Shown: positions 22,447 through 32,662 of the stretch, one piece after another
Layout: each line of letters starts with the position of its first letter
How positions within the stretch are numbered: the first letter of the stretch is position 1
From: a virus
Lineage: Duplodnaviria; Caudoviricetes
IMG/VR virus record: IMGVR_UViG_3300032247_001693
Coordinates: 23,996 to 87,995 of that record
Length of the DNA stretch: 64,000 bases
Reading direction: 5' to 3' (one strand)
Notes under the pieces: generated by a model
Told to the model about the DNA's origin: nothing
The model's input: the letters and a program-made list of their open reading frames with translations, nothing else
Database searches by the model: none
Made by a program: the position numbers and the translations under genes

Positions 22447-23434
22447 AAAAGCTTTAATAACGGGAATAACCGGCCAAGATGGATCCTATTTAGCAGAAAA
22501 TCTATTAGGCAAAGATTATAAGGTAGTGGGGCTACATAGAAGAAGTAGTGTTAATAATTTCGAGAGAATAAAGCATCTACTTAATAATAAGAATTTTATA
22601 TTAGAGGAATTTGATCTTACTGATCCTAGCGACTGTTCTTATATTATTGAAAAATATCAACCCGATGAATTATATAATTTGGCGGCCCAAAGTCATGTTG
22701 CTACCAGTTTTAAGCAACCAACAACAACCTTTGAAATTAATACTGTGGGGGTTATTAACTTGTTGGAGGCTTTACGGGTTAGGTCACCTCATACCCGGTT
22801 TTATCAGGCATCTACTAGTGAAATGTTTGGGGAAAATTATGATGGGGCCGAAGGAGCAAAATATCAGAACGAAAATACTTCATTCTTACCTCAGAGTCCT
22901 TACGCTGTTGCTAAATTAGCTAGTCATCGCATGGTTCAAATAACACGGGAATCTTACGGGTCTTTTGCTTGTTCGGGTATTTTATTTAATCACGAGAGTC
23001 CTCGACGGGGCGAAAATTTTGTTACTCGAAAAATTACAAAATATATTGGGGGATTAGCTAACGGAATTATTGATAAGTCTGTAAAATTAAAGTTGGGAAA
23101 TATCGAGGCAACAAGAGACTGGGGTCATGCTAAAGATTATGTTGAGGCTATGTATCTTATGCTTCAACAAGATGTTGCTAGTGATTATGTAGTAGCAACG
23201 GGTCAAGCTTATACTGTTAGGGAATTTTTAGATAAAGCTTTTAGTTGTATTAATCTAGACTATAAAAATTATATAGAAATAGATCCTGAACTTTATAGGC
23301 CAGCAGAAGTAGTTTACCTTAAGGGAGATAGTTCAAAAGCCCACCAAAGACTAGGGTGGAAGCCAACTATTTCTTTAGACTCTTTGGTTGAAGATATGGT
23401 ATTTAGTGATATAAGGGCCAATAAAAGTGTATAG
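22439..23434 (+). CDS. gmd: GDP-mannose 4,6-dehydratase
   Basis: GITGQDGSYL, YNLAAQSHV, ASTSEMFG, SPYAVAK, FNHESPRRG, RDWGHA. Confidence 0.95.
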   Translation: MTKKALITGITGQDGSYLAENLLGKDYKVVGLHRRSSVNNFERIKHLLNNKNFILEEFDLTDPSDCSYIIEKYQPDELYNLAAQSHVATSFKQPTTTFEINTVGVINLLEALRVRSPHTRFYQASTSEMFGENYDGAEGAKYQNENTSFLPQSPYAVAKLASHRMVQITRESYGSFACSGILFNHESPRRGENFVTRKITKYIGGLANGIIDKSVKLKLGNIEATRDWGHAKDYVEAMYLMLQQDVASDYVVATGQAYTVREFLDKAFSCINLDYKNYIEIDPELYRPAEVVYLKGDSSKAHQRLGWKPTISLDSLVEDMVFSDIRANKSV

Positions 23435-23699
23435 AAACTTTGAAGATCCTCAATATAAAAAATGGAGAAAAGAAGTTTACAAAAGAGACAAGCATACTTG
23501 TCAGTGGCCGGGATGTTCTTGTAAGAAAAGATTAAATGCTCACCATATTAAAACTTGGGCAAATTTTCCAGGTTTAAGATTCGATATTAATAACGGGATT
23601 ACTCTCTGTTATGATCATCATAAATCTATTAAAGGTATGGAAGAAATTTATTCATCAGTTTTCCTTCAAATGGCAATAAATAATGCTAAACCAAAATGA
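23427..23699 (+). CDS. HNH endonuclease
   Basis: RD..TCQ..C...L.AHHIK......F..NNGITLC..HH. Confidence 0.85.
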   Translation: MYRNFEDPQYKKWRKEVYKRDKHTCQWPGCSCKKRLNAHHIKTWANFPGLRFDINNGITLCYDHHKSIKGMEEIYSSVFLQMAINNAKPK

Positions 23700-24162
23700 A
23701 TTTACAATAATAGTTGATACTAGAGAGCAACAACCGTGGACTTTTGATCATTACGCGGTAGCAAAAAGGAAATTAGATACCGGAGACTATAGCATAGAGG
23801 GCTTAGAATCAGTATTAGCTATAGAACGAAAGAAAAGTGTTAGCGAAATAGCAAATAATATCACGGAATCTAGATTTCAAGATGTTGTAGAAAGATTGAG
23901 TCAACTTAAACATTCATTTATTTTATTTGAATTTGATCTAGAAGATGTTCTAGTTTATCCCATAGGTTCTAGCTTGCCTAAAAAAATGTGGAATAAGATT
24001 AGAGTTACTCCAGCATTTATAATGAAACATATACTAGAACTACAATTAAACCACAATATTAAAATCGTATTTTGTGGTTCTGCTAGTAATGCTGAAAAAA
24101 TGGCAGAATATATTATGAAAAAAATCTATTATATAGAAAAAATTAAAGATACCAATGGATGA
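23683..24162 (+). CDS. ERCC4-domain nuclease
   Basis: VDTREQ, GDYSI, IERK motifs. Confidence 0.8.
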   Translation: MLNQNEFTIIVDTREQQPWTFDHYAVAKRKLDTGDYSIEGLESVLAIERKKSVSEIANNITESRFQDVVERLSQLKHSFILFEFDLEDVLVYPIGSSLPKKMWNKIRVTPAFIMKHILELQLNHNIKIVFCGSASNAEKMAEYIMKKIYYIEKIKDTNG

Positions 24163-27100
24163 TCATAAAAAAATATACGAAGACGCATGGTTAGGATTAG
24201 GAGATATATCTCTAATTACTTTTGATCATAATCTTATGATTAATAGGTCTAGGGAAGATATAGAAAATCCAGACCTTCATCTAATGAGACTGTTACGAGA
24301 TCCAAAATATTTAGGAACAACATGTAAATTATTATTCAATATTGAATTACATCCTATACAAGTAGCCATCTTACAAGAGTTTTGGGTAAGAGCATTTCCG
24401 ATGTTTATTGCGAGTAGAGGATTTGGTAAAGCTTTATCTCCAGATACTCCAGTACTATCTGAACATGGATGGAAGAACATAAAAGATATATCTGCTGGAG
24501 AAAGAGTCTATGGTTCAGATGGACAACTGACTAATGTTACTGGAACTACAATAGAGCAGAAAAATTTAAAATTTTATAAAATTACACTTAGAGACAATAG
24601 GACCATAAGATGTTGTGAAGATCATTTATGGAAAATTTGGGATAAAAATCAAAATAGAAATAATAAACAAAATAACTATACAACTATTTCTACTAAAGAA
24701 ATGTTTAAAAATTATTACTGGGATCGTACAGGAGAAAAAAGTAATGGCAAAGAATTTAGATATGCTTTACCTATTAATAAACCTATATCTAATTGGCCTA
24801 AAATAACACATATAATACATCCATACATAGTAGGAGTACTTTTGGGAGATGGTTGTTTAACTCAAAAAACAATTACAATAACTTCAAGAGACCAAGAAAT
24901 TATAGATAGAGTTAATAGTTTACTTCCTAATGGATATAAAGCAATAAAACATAAATCTTCATTATGCTCTTTTGGTATTAAAAGAACTGACAAGAAATTA
25001 CCAGCATTTTATAAACTATGTGAACAGATAGGTATATGGAAATATAATTCTAGCACTAAATTCATACCAAAAGATTATCAGTTTTGTTCTATTGAACAAA
25101 GACTAGACTTATTAAAAGGGTTAATGGATACGGATGGATATTCTGACAGGACAATAAAAGAATACTATACAATTTCTCAGCAATTATCAGACGATTTTCT
25201 AAATGTTGCTAGGTCTCTAGGATTTCATTGCAAGCATACCATTAAAGAATCTTGGATAAAAGATACTCAATATTCTGATTGTCATAGGATATCTATTTAT
25301 ACTAACGAACCCATTTTCTATTTATCTCGAAAATTAGAATATTTAAACTATAGCGTTTCTAAACAAGGTCAATCTAAATACGATAAAGTATTTATTATTG
25401 ATATTCAAGAAGACGGTTATGATAATGGATATTGTATATCTGTAGACAATAAAGATAAAACATATATTATAAAAGACTATATTGTAACCCATAATTCTTT
25501 TATCATGGCGCTATATTGTATTTTAAGATGTACATTTTTCCCAGGAACAAAAATAGTAGTAGTGGGCGCTGCTTTTAGACAGAGTAAAATCATATTTGAA
25601 TATATGGAAACTATATGGAGAAATAGTCCCATATTAAGAAGTATATTTAATAGCAATAATGATGGTCCACGAAGAGACGTTGATCGTTGTACCATGAGAT
25701 TAGGAGATAGCTGGACAATAGCTATTCCTATGGGTGACGGTTCCAAGATCAGAGGATTACGTGCTCATATAATTATTGCAGATGAATTTGCGTCTATATC
25801 TCCTGATATTTACGAGACAGTAGTATCAGGATTTGCTGCCGTATCTGCTAATCCAATACAAAATGTAAAAGAATTTGCAAAAAAGAAAGCTATGACAGAA
25901 GCGGGATTGTGGAATCCAGAATTAGAAGCTCTTAATACAAAAATGGGAAATCAAGCCATAATATCAGGAACAGCAGATTATGACTTTAAACATTTTGCAG
26001 GCTATTGGAAAAGATATAAGGGAATTATACAAAGTAGGGGAGATAAACAAAAACTAGAAGAATTATTTAAGGGAGAAGTTCCAGATAATTTTAATTGGAA
26101 AGACTATAGTATTATTAGAATACCCTATGAATTAATTCCAAAAGGATTTATGGATGATAAGCAGGTATCGAGAGCTAAAGCTACAATTCATACTGGCATA
26201 TATAATATGGAATATGGGGCATGTTTTATGAGTGATAGTGAAGGATTCTTTAGAAGAAGATTGATTGAGAGTTGTGTAGTTTCTGAAAATAATCCAATAA
26301 TCATAGATAATAAACAAATACTATTTGAGTCAGCAGTTGTTGGAAATCCAAACTCTCAATATATTTATGGAATCGACCCCGCTAGTGAACAAGATAATTT
26401 TAGCATAATAATATTAGAAGTTTTTCCTACTCATGCTAGAGTGGTATATTGTTGGACTACTAATAGAAATAATTTTAAAGAAAGACTAAAAACAGGACTA
26501 GTAAAAGAACATGATTTTTATGGATTCTGTGCTAGAAAAATTAGAAACTTAATGAAAGTATTTCCTTGTATTAGAATTGGTCTAGATGCTCAGGGTGGAG
26601 GAGTAGCTATTGAAGAGGCGCTACACGATCCCTCTAAGCTAGAAGAAGGAGAACATTTAATTTGGCCCGCAATAGACCCTGATAAATCTAAAGACACTGA
26701 TGATCAAACAGGATTACATATTTTAGAATTAGTTCAGTTTGCCAAAGCAGAATGGACAGCTCAGGCTAATCACGGATTAAGAAAAGACTTAGAAGATAAA
26801 GTTTTATTATTTCCAAGATTTGATAATTTAACATTAGGATTAGCTTTAGATAGTGAAGGACAAGATATATTAAACTCTGATATGAAAAATTTATATGATA
26901 ATCCTAGTGAATGTATTTTAGAAATAGAAGAACTAAAGAATGAATTAACAACTATTGTTATGACTCAAACTAGTACTGGTCCTAATGCTAGAGATCGTTG
27001 GGATACTCCAGAAATTAAAATGCCCAATGGTAAAAAGGGTAGATTAAGAAAAGATCGTTATAGTTCATTAATTATAGCAAATATGTTAGCTAGACAATTA

Positions 27101-27247
27101 AATAGAATTTTACAGCCAGTAATCTATGAAGTTGTTGGGGGAAATGCCAGAAACATGCTTAAAAATCAAGGAGCAATGTACAAGGGGCCAGATTGGTTCA
27201 CCAGTGGTGGGGCTAATGATGATTCCTATGTCGGAGTTTATAGATAA
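24155..27247 (+). CDS. terL: terminase large subunit with intein
   Basis: Walker A SRGFGK|S, RG.R..xxIADE Walker B, GIDPAS nuclease motif, KDRYSS; upstream of portal. Confidence 0.9.
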   Translation: MDDHKKIYEDAWLGLGDISLITFDHNLMINRSREDIENPDLHLMRLLRDPKYLGTTCKLLFNIELHPIQVAILQEFWVRAFPMFIASRGFGKALSPDTPVLSEHGWKNIKDISAGERVYGSDGQLTNVTGTTIEQKNLKFYKITLRDNRTIRCCEDHLWKIWDKNQNRNNKQNNYTTISTKEMFKNYYWDRTGEKSNGKEFRYALPINKPISNWPKITHIIHPYIVGVLLGDGCLTQKTITITSRDQEIIDRVNSLLPNGYKAIKHKSSLCSFGIKRTDKKLPAFYKLCEQIGIWKYNSSTKFIPKDYQFCSIEQRLDLLKGLMDTDGYSDRTIKEYYTISQQLSDDFLNVARSLGFHCKHTIKESWIKDTQYSDCHRISIYTNEPIFYLSRKLEYLNYSVSKQGQSKYDKVFIIDIQEDGYDNGYCISVDNKDKTYIIKDYIVTHNSFIMALYCILRCTFFPGTKIVVVGAAFRQSKIIFEYMETIWRNSPILRSIFNSNNDGPRRDVDRCTMRLGDSWTIAIPMGDGSKIRGLRAHIIIADEFASISPDIYETVVSGFAAVSANPIQNVKEFAKKKAMTEAGLWNPELEALNTKMGNQAIISGTADYDFKHFAGYWKRYKGIIQSRGDKQKLEELFKGEVPDNFNWKDYSIIRIPYELIPKGFMDDKQVSRAKATIHTGIYNMEYGACFMSDSEGFFRRRLIESCVVSENNPIIIDNKQILFESAVVGNPNSQYIYGIDPASEQDNFSIIILEVFPTHARVVYCWTTNRNNFKERLKTGLVKEHDFYGFCARKIRNLMKVFPCIRIGLDAQGGGVAIEEALHDPSKLEEGEHLIWPAIDPDKSKDTDDQTGLHILELVQFAKAEWTAQANHGLRKDLEDKVLLFPRFDNLTLGLALDSEGQDILNSDMKNLYDNPSECILEIEELKNELTTIVMTQTSTGPNARDRWDTPEIKMPNGKKGRLRKDRYSSLIIANMLARQLNRILQPVIYEVVGGNARNMLKNQGAMYKGPDWFTSGGANDDSYVGVYR
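24431..25495 (+). mobile_element. 355-aa class 3 intein with LAGLIDADG homing endonuclease
   Basis: Ala1 (ALSPDTP), block B HLW, block F YCISV, block G VTHN/Ser+1; LLGDG and LMDTDG motifs. Confidence 0.85.
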
Positions 27248-27310
27248 ATTGGTGTAATACTAATATGATTCAAATGCATTTCAATCAAAAAATTTAGATA
27301 ATAAATAATT

Positions 27311-29527
27311 ATGGCTAAAAAATATCCCAAAAGTGAAATTATACAAAATGCTTCAGCAGTAGTACCTGAAGAAGCTTATGTTACTTGGGGAGATGACTTA
27401 CAAAGTAAACAAGATGCCATAACAAAATCAGCAGGTTCTTTAGAAGAATTCGTAGGAATACACAAAGCAGAAGCTGCTGGAAGAAGATATAGTTTAGATT
27501 ATTCAAATTTAAGTCCAAATACTTCTGGTAGGCCGGGACTAACAAGATCAGACTACTATTATTTTCGTCCGGACGAAGCTCCTCCAAAAGATCTTAAACT
27601 AATTATTAGAAGATCAGAAGATATTTATCAAAAGGTAGGATTAGTAAAAAATGTTATTGATTTGATGGGTGATTTTGCTGCTCAGGGAGTAAGAATTGTT
27701 CATAGAAATAAAAGAATTGAAAGATTTTATAAGCAGTGGTTTAAAAAAATTAGAGGAAAAGATAGAAGCGAAAGATTTCTTAATAATTTATATAAGACTG
27801 GTAATGTTGTTGTTAGCAAACAGACAGCTAAACTTAGCCTAAGAGTTTCCGATAAATTATATCAATCAATAGCTAGTCCAGATATACAAGTACAAGACTT
27901 AGACATTATAAGAACGGAAAAAAGAGAAATTCCTTGGGTCTATACCTTTATTGATCCTGTTTTAGTAGAGGTTGCAGCAGGATCACTATCTTCTTTTGTT
28001 AATGATTCTCAAAAAAGATACGAATTAACTCTTCCAGCTAATTTAAGAAGAACCATAGTAACTCCAAAAACAGAATCTGAAAAAGCTGTTGTTTCACAGC
28101 TACCTTTGGTGATTATTGAAGCAGCAAAAAACAAGACTAGATATCCTTTGGATCCAGAAAAAACATCAGTCTTCCATTATAAGAAAGATGATTGGCAAAC
28201 TTGGGCCTATCCAATGGTATATGCTATTATGGATGATATTACTGTTTTAGAAAAATTAAAACTAGCAGATATGGCCGCTTTAGATGGTGCTATTTCTAAT
28301 ATTAGAATTTTTAAATTAGGAAGCTTAGAACATAAAATCGCTCCAACAAAAGCAGCTACCGCTAAACTAGCTAGTATTTTAGGTAATAATGTTGGAGGAG
28401 GAACAATGGATATTGTTTGGGGGCCAGATCTTGAGCTGATCGAATCCAAAACAACAGTTCATAATTTCTTAGGTGAAAGTAAATATATTCCTCATTTAAA
28501 TTCTGTTTATGCAGGATTAGGAATTCCTCCTACTCTAACTGGAACTTTCGGAGCTAGCGGAACAACAAACAATTTTATTAGCTTAAAAACTCTTACTCAA
28601 AGACTACAGTATGGAAGAGATGTTTTAGTAAGTTTTTGGGAAAAAGAAATTGAACAAGTTCAAAAAGCAATGGGTTTTAAATATGCCGCTAAAATAGAGT
28701 TTGATAGGATGGATCTAAGTAATGAAGATACAGAAAAAGCTCTATTAATTCAACTAGCGGATAGAAATATTGTATCTGATGAAGTTATTCAAGGTAGATT
28801 TGGTTTTGATTCAGAAATGGAAAAGACCAGACTTAATAGAGAAAATAAAGATAGAAAAACAAATAGAATGGTCAATAAAGCTGGTCCTTGGTTTGATCCT
28901 CAATTTAGCAACTCTTTGAAGAAGATAGCTCTACAAACAGGGGTAGTAGCTCCTAGCCAAGTAGGACTAGAATTAGACAAGAAGAAATCTGGGGAAAAAA
29001 CGGCTATGGAATTAAAGATTCCTCCTATGGGTGCTTCTCCTCCTACTAAGCTTGGCAACGCTCCGGTTTCGGATGCGTTGCCTAAAGAAGCTGGTGATGG
29101 TAGGCCAAAAATGGCGAAAGACACACAAAAAAGAAAAACGAAAACCTTCAAACCCCGAACTGGAGCTAAATTAACTATCTGGGCCAATGCAGCACAAGAT
29201 AAAATTAGTGACATTATTAATCCAGTATTATTAGAATTCTATAATAAGAAAAATTTAAGAAGTTTATCTAATAATGAAAGTCAAGAATTAGAGATAGTTA
29301 AAACAAATATATTGTTTAGTATACTCCCCGATTCTAAAATAAATGAAGATATAATAGTTAATGCCTTTAATAAGACGCCCCAAACACAATCATTATCTGC
29401 ACAATATTATTCTTGGCTTAAAAATCTACAGTCTGATCTTGGTCGAGAATTATCTGTTGATGAAAATAGACAAGCTAAAGCTACTTTTTATTCTATGGTG
29501 TATGGTGATTCTATAACCGAGGAGTAA
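27311..29527 (+). CDS. portal protein
   Basis: Size, position between TerL and protease/capsid; helical core. Confidence 0.75.
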   Translation: MAKKYPKSEIIQNASAVVPEEAYVTWGDDLQSKQDAITKSAGSLEEFVGIHKAEAAGRRYSLDYSNLSPNTSGRPGLTRSDYYYFRPDEAPPKDLKLIIRRSEDIYQKVGLVKNVIDLMGDFAAQGVRIVHRNKRIERFYKQWFKKIRGKDRSERFLNNLYKTGNVVVSKQTAKLSLRVSDKLYQSIASPDIQVQDLDIIRTEKREIPWVYTFIDPVLVEVAAGSLSSFVNDSQKRYELTLPANLRRTIVTPKTESEKAVVSQLPLVIIEAAKNKTRYPLDPEKTSVFHYKKDDWQTWAYPMVYAIMDDITVLEKLKLADMAALDGAISNIRIFKLGSLEHKIAPTKAATAKLASILGNNVGGGTMDIVWGPDLELIESKTTVHNFLGESKYIPHLNSVYAGLGIPPTLTGTFGASGTTNNFISLKTLTQRLQYGRDVLVSFWEKEIEQVQKAMGFKYAAKIEFDRMDLSNEDTEKALLIQLADRNIVSDEVIQGRFGFDSEMEKTRLNRENKDRKTNRMVNKAGPWFDPQFSNSLKKIALQTGVVAPSQVGLELDKKKSGEKTAMELKIPPMGASPPTKLGNAPVSDALPKEAGDGRPKMAKDTQKRKTKTFKPRTGAKLTIWANAAQDKISDIINPVLLEFYNKKNLRSLSNNESQELEIVKTNILFSILPDSKINEDIIVNAFNKTPQTQSLSAQYYSWLKNLQSDLGRELSVDENRQAKATFYSMVYGDSITEE

Positions 29528-29530
29528 ATT

Positions 29531-31033
29531 ATGCCAAAAATTTTTGAACAAGAAATATTAGATGGGTTAGAAGATGCGCTTAAGGCGTCCTCATCTATTA
29601 GTTACGCTTCTATTGCAAACTCTTGCGTCAAGCCCAAAAATACAGATGGTGTTAAATTTTATAAGAGTGTTGCTTCTATAGAGGACGCTGATCTTTATTA
29701 TACTCAGTCTATTTTAGTAACATCTTCTTGGAATAAAAATGACGATATTTTTGACAAAGTAGAAGTATGGAACGCTAAAGATACTCCCGAAGATAAGCCA
29801 ACCAATTTAGAGCATGATGAGAGTGTTATTGTTGGACATATAACAAGTAATTGGCCCATTACAGAAGAGGGCGAATTAATTTCCGAAGATATTAATCCAG
29901 AAATGCTACCAGATAAATATCACATATTAACAGGCTCAGTTATTTATAAGGGATTTAGTAATGAAGATCTCAGAGAACGATCTGCTAAACTAATATCTGA
30001 AATAGATAATGGTACAAAGTATGTTAGTATGGAGTGTTTCTTTAAGGGTTTTGATTATGGATTAATTAATAAAACAACTGGAGAGTATACTGTATTATCT
30101 AGAAATGAAGCTACAGCATATTTAACAAAATTTTTAAGAGCATATGGCGGAATTGGAGAACATGATAATTATAAAGTTGGTAGAGTTCTTAGAAATATTA
30201 CTTTTAGTGGAAAAGGTTTTGTTGATCGTCCAGCAAATGAAGATAGTATAATTTTTACAAAAAATATCTTCCCAGAAAAAAATGATGATTTTTCTTTATC
30301 AGGTGTATCTATTTCACAGTCAAATAATAAATCGGAGACTATAACTATGAGTTCAGAAAAAAAAGTTGTTGAAACAGTGGTTGCTAATGAAGCTGTAGTT
30401 GATACCGCAACAGTTAGTACAGTTGAGACAACTCTAAAATCTCAAATTACAGAGCTAACACAAAGCAATGAACAGCTAAAAACAGAAGTATCTGAAGCTG
30501 CTAGAAAAAGCGAAGAGCAAATCAAAGCTATCAAAGAAGAAGCCGCTCAGAATATTGTTAGTGTTCAAGAAGAACTAAAGAAAATACAAAGTGAGATCGA
30601 AGCTGCAAATGAAGTTATTGCTGCTTATAAGGCAAAAGAGATGGAAATGGTTAAGAAAGATAAGAAGATGAAGAGACAAGCAGCTCTTGTTGAGCAGGGC
30701 ATCGATCTTGATGTTGCAACAAGCACAGTTGAAAAATTTGAATCTTTAGATGATGAAGCTTTTGATGCCATGACCAGTCTTTTTGCTGGCAAAATGCCTC
30801 CTTGGTTGGAAAACATAAAGAAAAAAGATTCTAAGACTGAAGATTCTAAAGACGCTAAGAAAAAGGCATCCGAAGAGAATTCAGATGTTAAAGTCCTAGA
30901 GACTGCTGAAGTTGAAGCTAGTGTTAATCTTGCTGTTGGCGAAGAGTCAACTGAAGAATCAGCAGAAGTCGAAACCACAAGAGCAGCATTAAACGAATTT
31001 GTTTGCAGTAGATTAGGTAAAAAACACAAATAA
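29531..31033 (+). CDS. prohead protease fused to C-terminal scaffold
   Basis: NKNDDIF, NLEH, VSMEC, FSGKGFVDRPAN; C-terminal coiled coil. Confidence 0.7.
   Translation: MPKIFEQEILDGLEDALKASSSISYASIANSCVKPKNTDGVKFYKSVASIEDADLYYTQSILVTSSWNKNDDIFDKVEVWNAKDTPEDKPTNLEHDESVIVGHITSNWPITEEGELISEDINPEMLPDKYHILTGSVIYKGFSNEDLRERSAKLISEIDNGTKYVSMECFFKGFDYGLINKTTGEYTVLSRNEATAYLTKFLRAYGGIGEHDNYKVGRVLRNITFSGKGFVDRPANEDSIIFTKNIFPEKNDDFSLSGVSISQSNNKSETITMSSEKKVVETVVANEAVVDTATVSTVETTLKSQITELTQSNEQLKTEVSEAARKSEEQIKAIKEEAAQNIVSVQEELKKIQSEIEAANEVIAAYKAKEMEMVKKDKKMKRQAALVEQGIDLDVATSTVEKFESLDDEAFDAMTSLFAGKMPPWLENIKKKDSKTEDSKDAKKKASEENSDVKVLETAEVEASVNLAVGEESTEESAEVETTRAALNEFVCSRLGKKHK
30347..31033 (+). CDS. putative nested in-frame scaffold protein
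   Basis: GGAG RBS 9 nt before internal ATG; GGTGTA motif at 30302. Confidence 0.5.
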   Translation: MSSEKKVVETVVANEAVVDTATVSTVETTLKSQITELTQSNEQLKTEVSEAARKSEEQIKAIKEEAAQNIVSVQEELKKIQSEIEAANEVIAAYKAKEMEMVKKDKKMKRQAALVEQGIDLDVATSTVEKFESLDDEAFDAMTSLFAGKMPPWLENIKKKDSKTEDSKDAKKKASEENSDVKVLETAEVEASVNLAVGEESTEESAEVETTRAALNEFVCSRLGKKHK

Positions 31034-31048
31034 TAAGGGAGAATAGCA

Positions 31049-31498
31049 ATGGCTTTAAAACCAGATCGTATTGAACTTTTGACTGATATTTCATTTTTCA
31101 TGAATACTGTCGCCGAAAGAGGCGGAGTAGCTTGTGTAACAGTTTCCGGCGCTTCCGGCGTCGCTATGGATGATTCCGCCGCTGTCGTAGCTTATGCTGC
31201 CACAGTATCTGGATCAAAACCAATCGGAGTTCTGTTGAACGATGTTGTTAATATTGATCTAACAAGACAACATATCAACTGGAACAGAGACGAAGTTCAG
31301 CTAGGCGGCAAGGTAACTCTGCTCCGTCAGGGTCAGGTATCAACAAACAAGGTAGCTGGAACTCCTGCTGCGGGCGTAGACGCTTATGTTGGTGTTAGTG
31401 GTCTAATTGGCACTAGCTCAACTAATGCTGTTAAGATCGGCACCTTCTTGAGTCAGGTTGATGCCGACGGTTACGCTAAAGTTTCAGTAAATCTATAA
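31049..31498 (+). CDS. head decoration protein
   Basis: Small beta-rich protein immediately before the capsid gene. Confidence 0.55.
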   Translation: MALKPDRIELLTDISFFMNTVAERGGVACVTVSGASGVAMDDSAAVVAYAATVSGSKPIGVLLNDVVNIDLTRQHINWNRDEVQLGGKVTLLRQGQVSTNKVAGTPAAGVDAYVGVSGLIGTSSTNAVKIGTFLSQVDADGYAKVSVNL

Positions 31499-31528
31499 TT
31501 TGTTTTACCAATAAAGGGAGAAAAGAAC

Positions 31529-32539
31529 ATGTCAGCTAAATCCGAAAAGTTTACAGCAAACCCAGCCTTAACCGATCTTTTGATTCGTTCTGGCTCAAAC
31601 CACAAAGAGACCAGTCTAGCCGCTAATGCAGAAATTGCAAAAGCTCTAGAACTACCTTTGCGTAGAGGTCTAATGAGTGGTAATATTCTAGATGGTATTT
31701 TCGAACCAATTCAGTTGGCTCAGAGTGCTACTCCAGAATTTCCTCTTGATTTCTTGGCTCCTGGAACAGAGAAGGACTTTGTGGCCTACACAATTCCTAA
31801 TCATGGTTATATTCCAGAACGCCACGTTGAGAGCGATTACGTTATGGTTCCAACTTATGACGTTGGTTCCTCAATCGATTATCTTCTAAAGTATGCCCGC
31901 GATGCCCGTTGGGACGTTGTTGGCCGCGCTATGGAAGTTCTCGAAGGTTCTTTCGTTAAGAAACTCAATGATGACGGCTGGCACACACTAATGGCTGCTG
32001 GTGTTGATCGTAACATCGTAGTTTATGATAGTGATGCTAATACTAGTCAGTTTACCAAACGATTGGTAAGCTTGATGAAGACAGTTATGCGTAGAAACGG
32101 TGGTGGTAACTCCGCTAGTAACAACCGTGGTATGTTGACTGATCTTTATGTTTCTCCAGAAGCGATGGAAGATATTCGTAACTGGGGAATTGAGCAGGTT
32201 GACGAAACTACTCGTAGAGAGATCTATACTGCTGCTGATGGTAGCATCAACCGCATTTTCGGTATCAATCTGCATGACCTAGACGAACTAGGTGTTGGTC
32301 AAGAATATCAGTTGTTCTACAGTAGCACATTGGGTGCTAGTATGCCAAGTGGTAAGACCGAAGTTGTTGTTGGTCTTGATCTTCGTAAGAACGATAGTTT
32401 CATTATGCCAGTTCGCCAAGAAGTTCAGATCTTCGAAGATGATACCCTACATCGTCAGAAGAGGGCTGGTTTCTACGGCTGGGCTGAACAGGGTTTTGCA
32501 GTCTTGGATAATCGTAGAGTATTAGTCGGAGCTCTATAA
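31529..32539 (+). CDS. major capsid protein
   Basis: Size, strong RBS, position, followed by terminator. Confidence 0.8.
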   Translation: MSAKSEKFTANPALTDLLIRSGSNHKETSLAANAEIAKALELPLRRGLMSGNILDGIFEPIQLAQSATPEFPLDFLAPGTEKDFVAYTIPNHGYIPERHVESDYVMVPTYDVGSSIDYLLKYARDARWDVVGRAMEVLEGSFVKKLNDDGWHTLMAAGVDRNIVVYDSDANTSQFTKRLVSLMKTVMRRNGGGNSASNNRGMLTDLYVSPEAMEDIRNWGIEQVDETTRREIYTAADGSINRIFGINLHDLDELGVGQEYQLFYSSTLGASMPSGKTEVVVGLDLRKNDSFIMPVRQEVQIFEDDTLHRQKRAGFYGWAEQGFAVLDNRRVLVGAL

Positions 32540-32573
32540 TATTGTCTATATAAAAAAACGATTAAGGGCTAGA

Positions 32574-32593
32574 GTAAAATCTAGCTCTTTTTT
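32574..32593 (+). terminator. intrinsic terminator
   Basis: GGGCTAGA-GTAAAA-TCTAGCTC followed by a T-tract. Confidence 0.75.
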
Positions 32594-32662
32594 GTGTACC
32601 TAGCTAGGACATATGGATTGACACAACTAGGATTCGCCTTATTATAATAAAAAGGAGACCAT

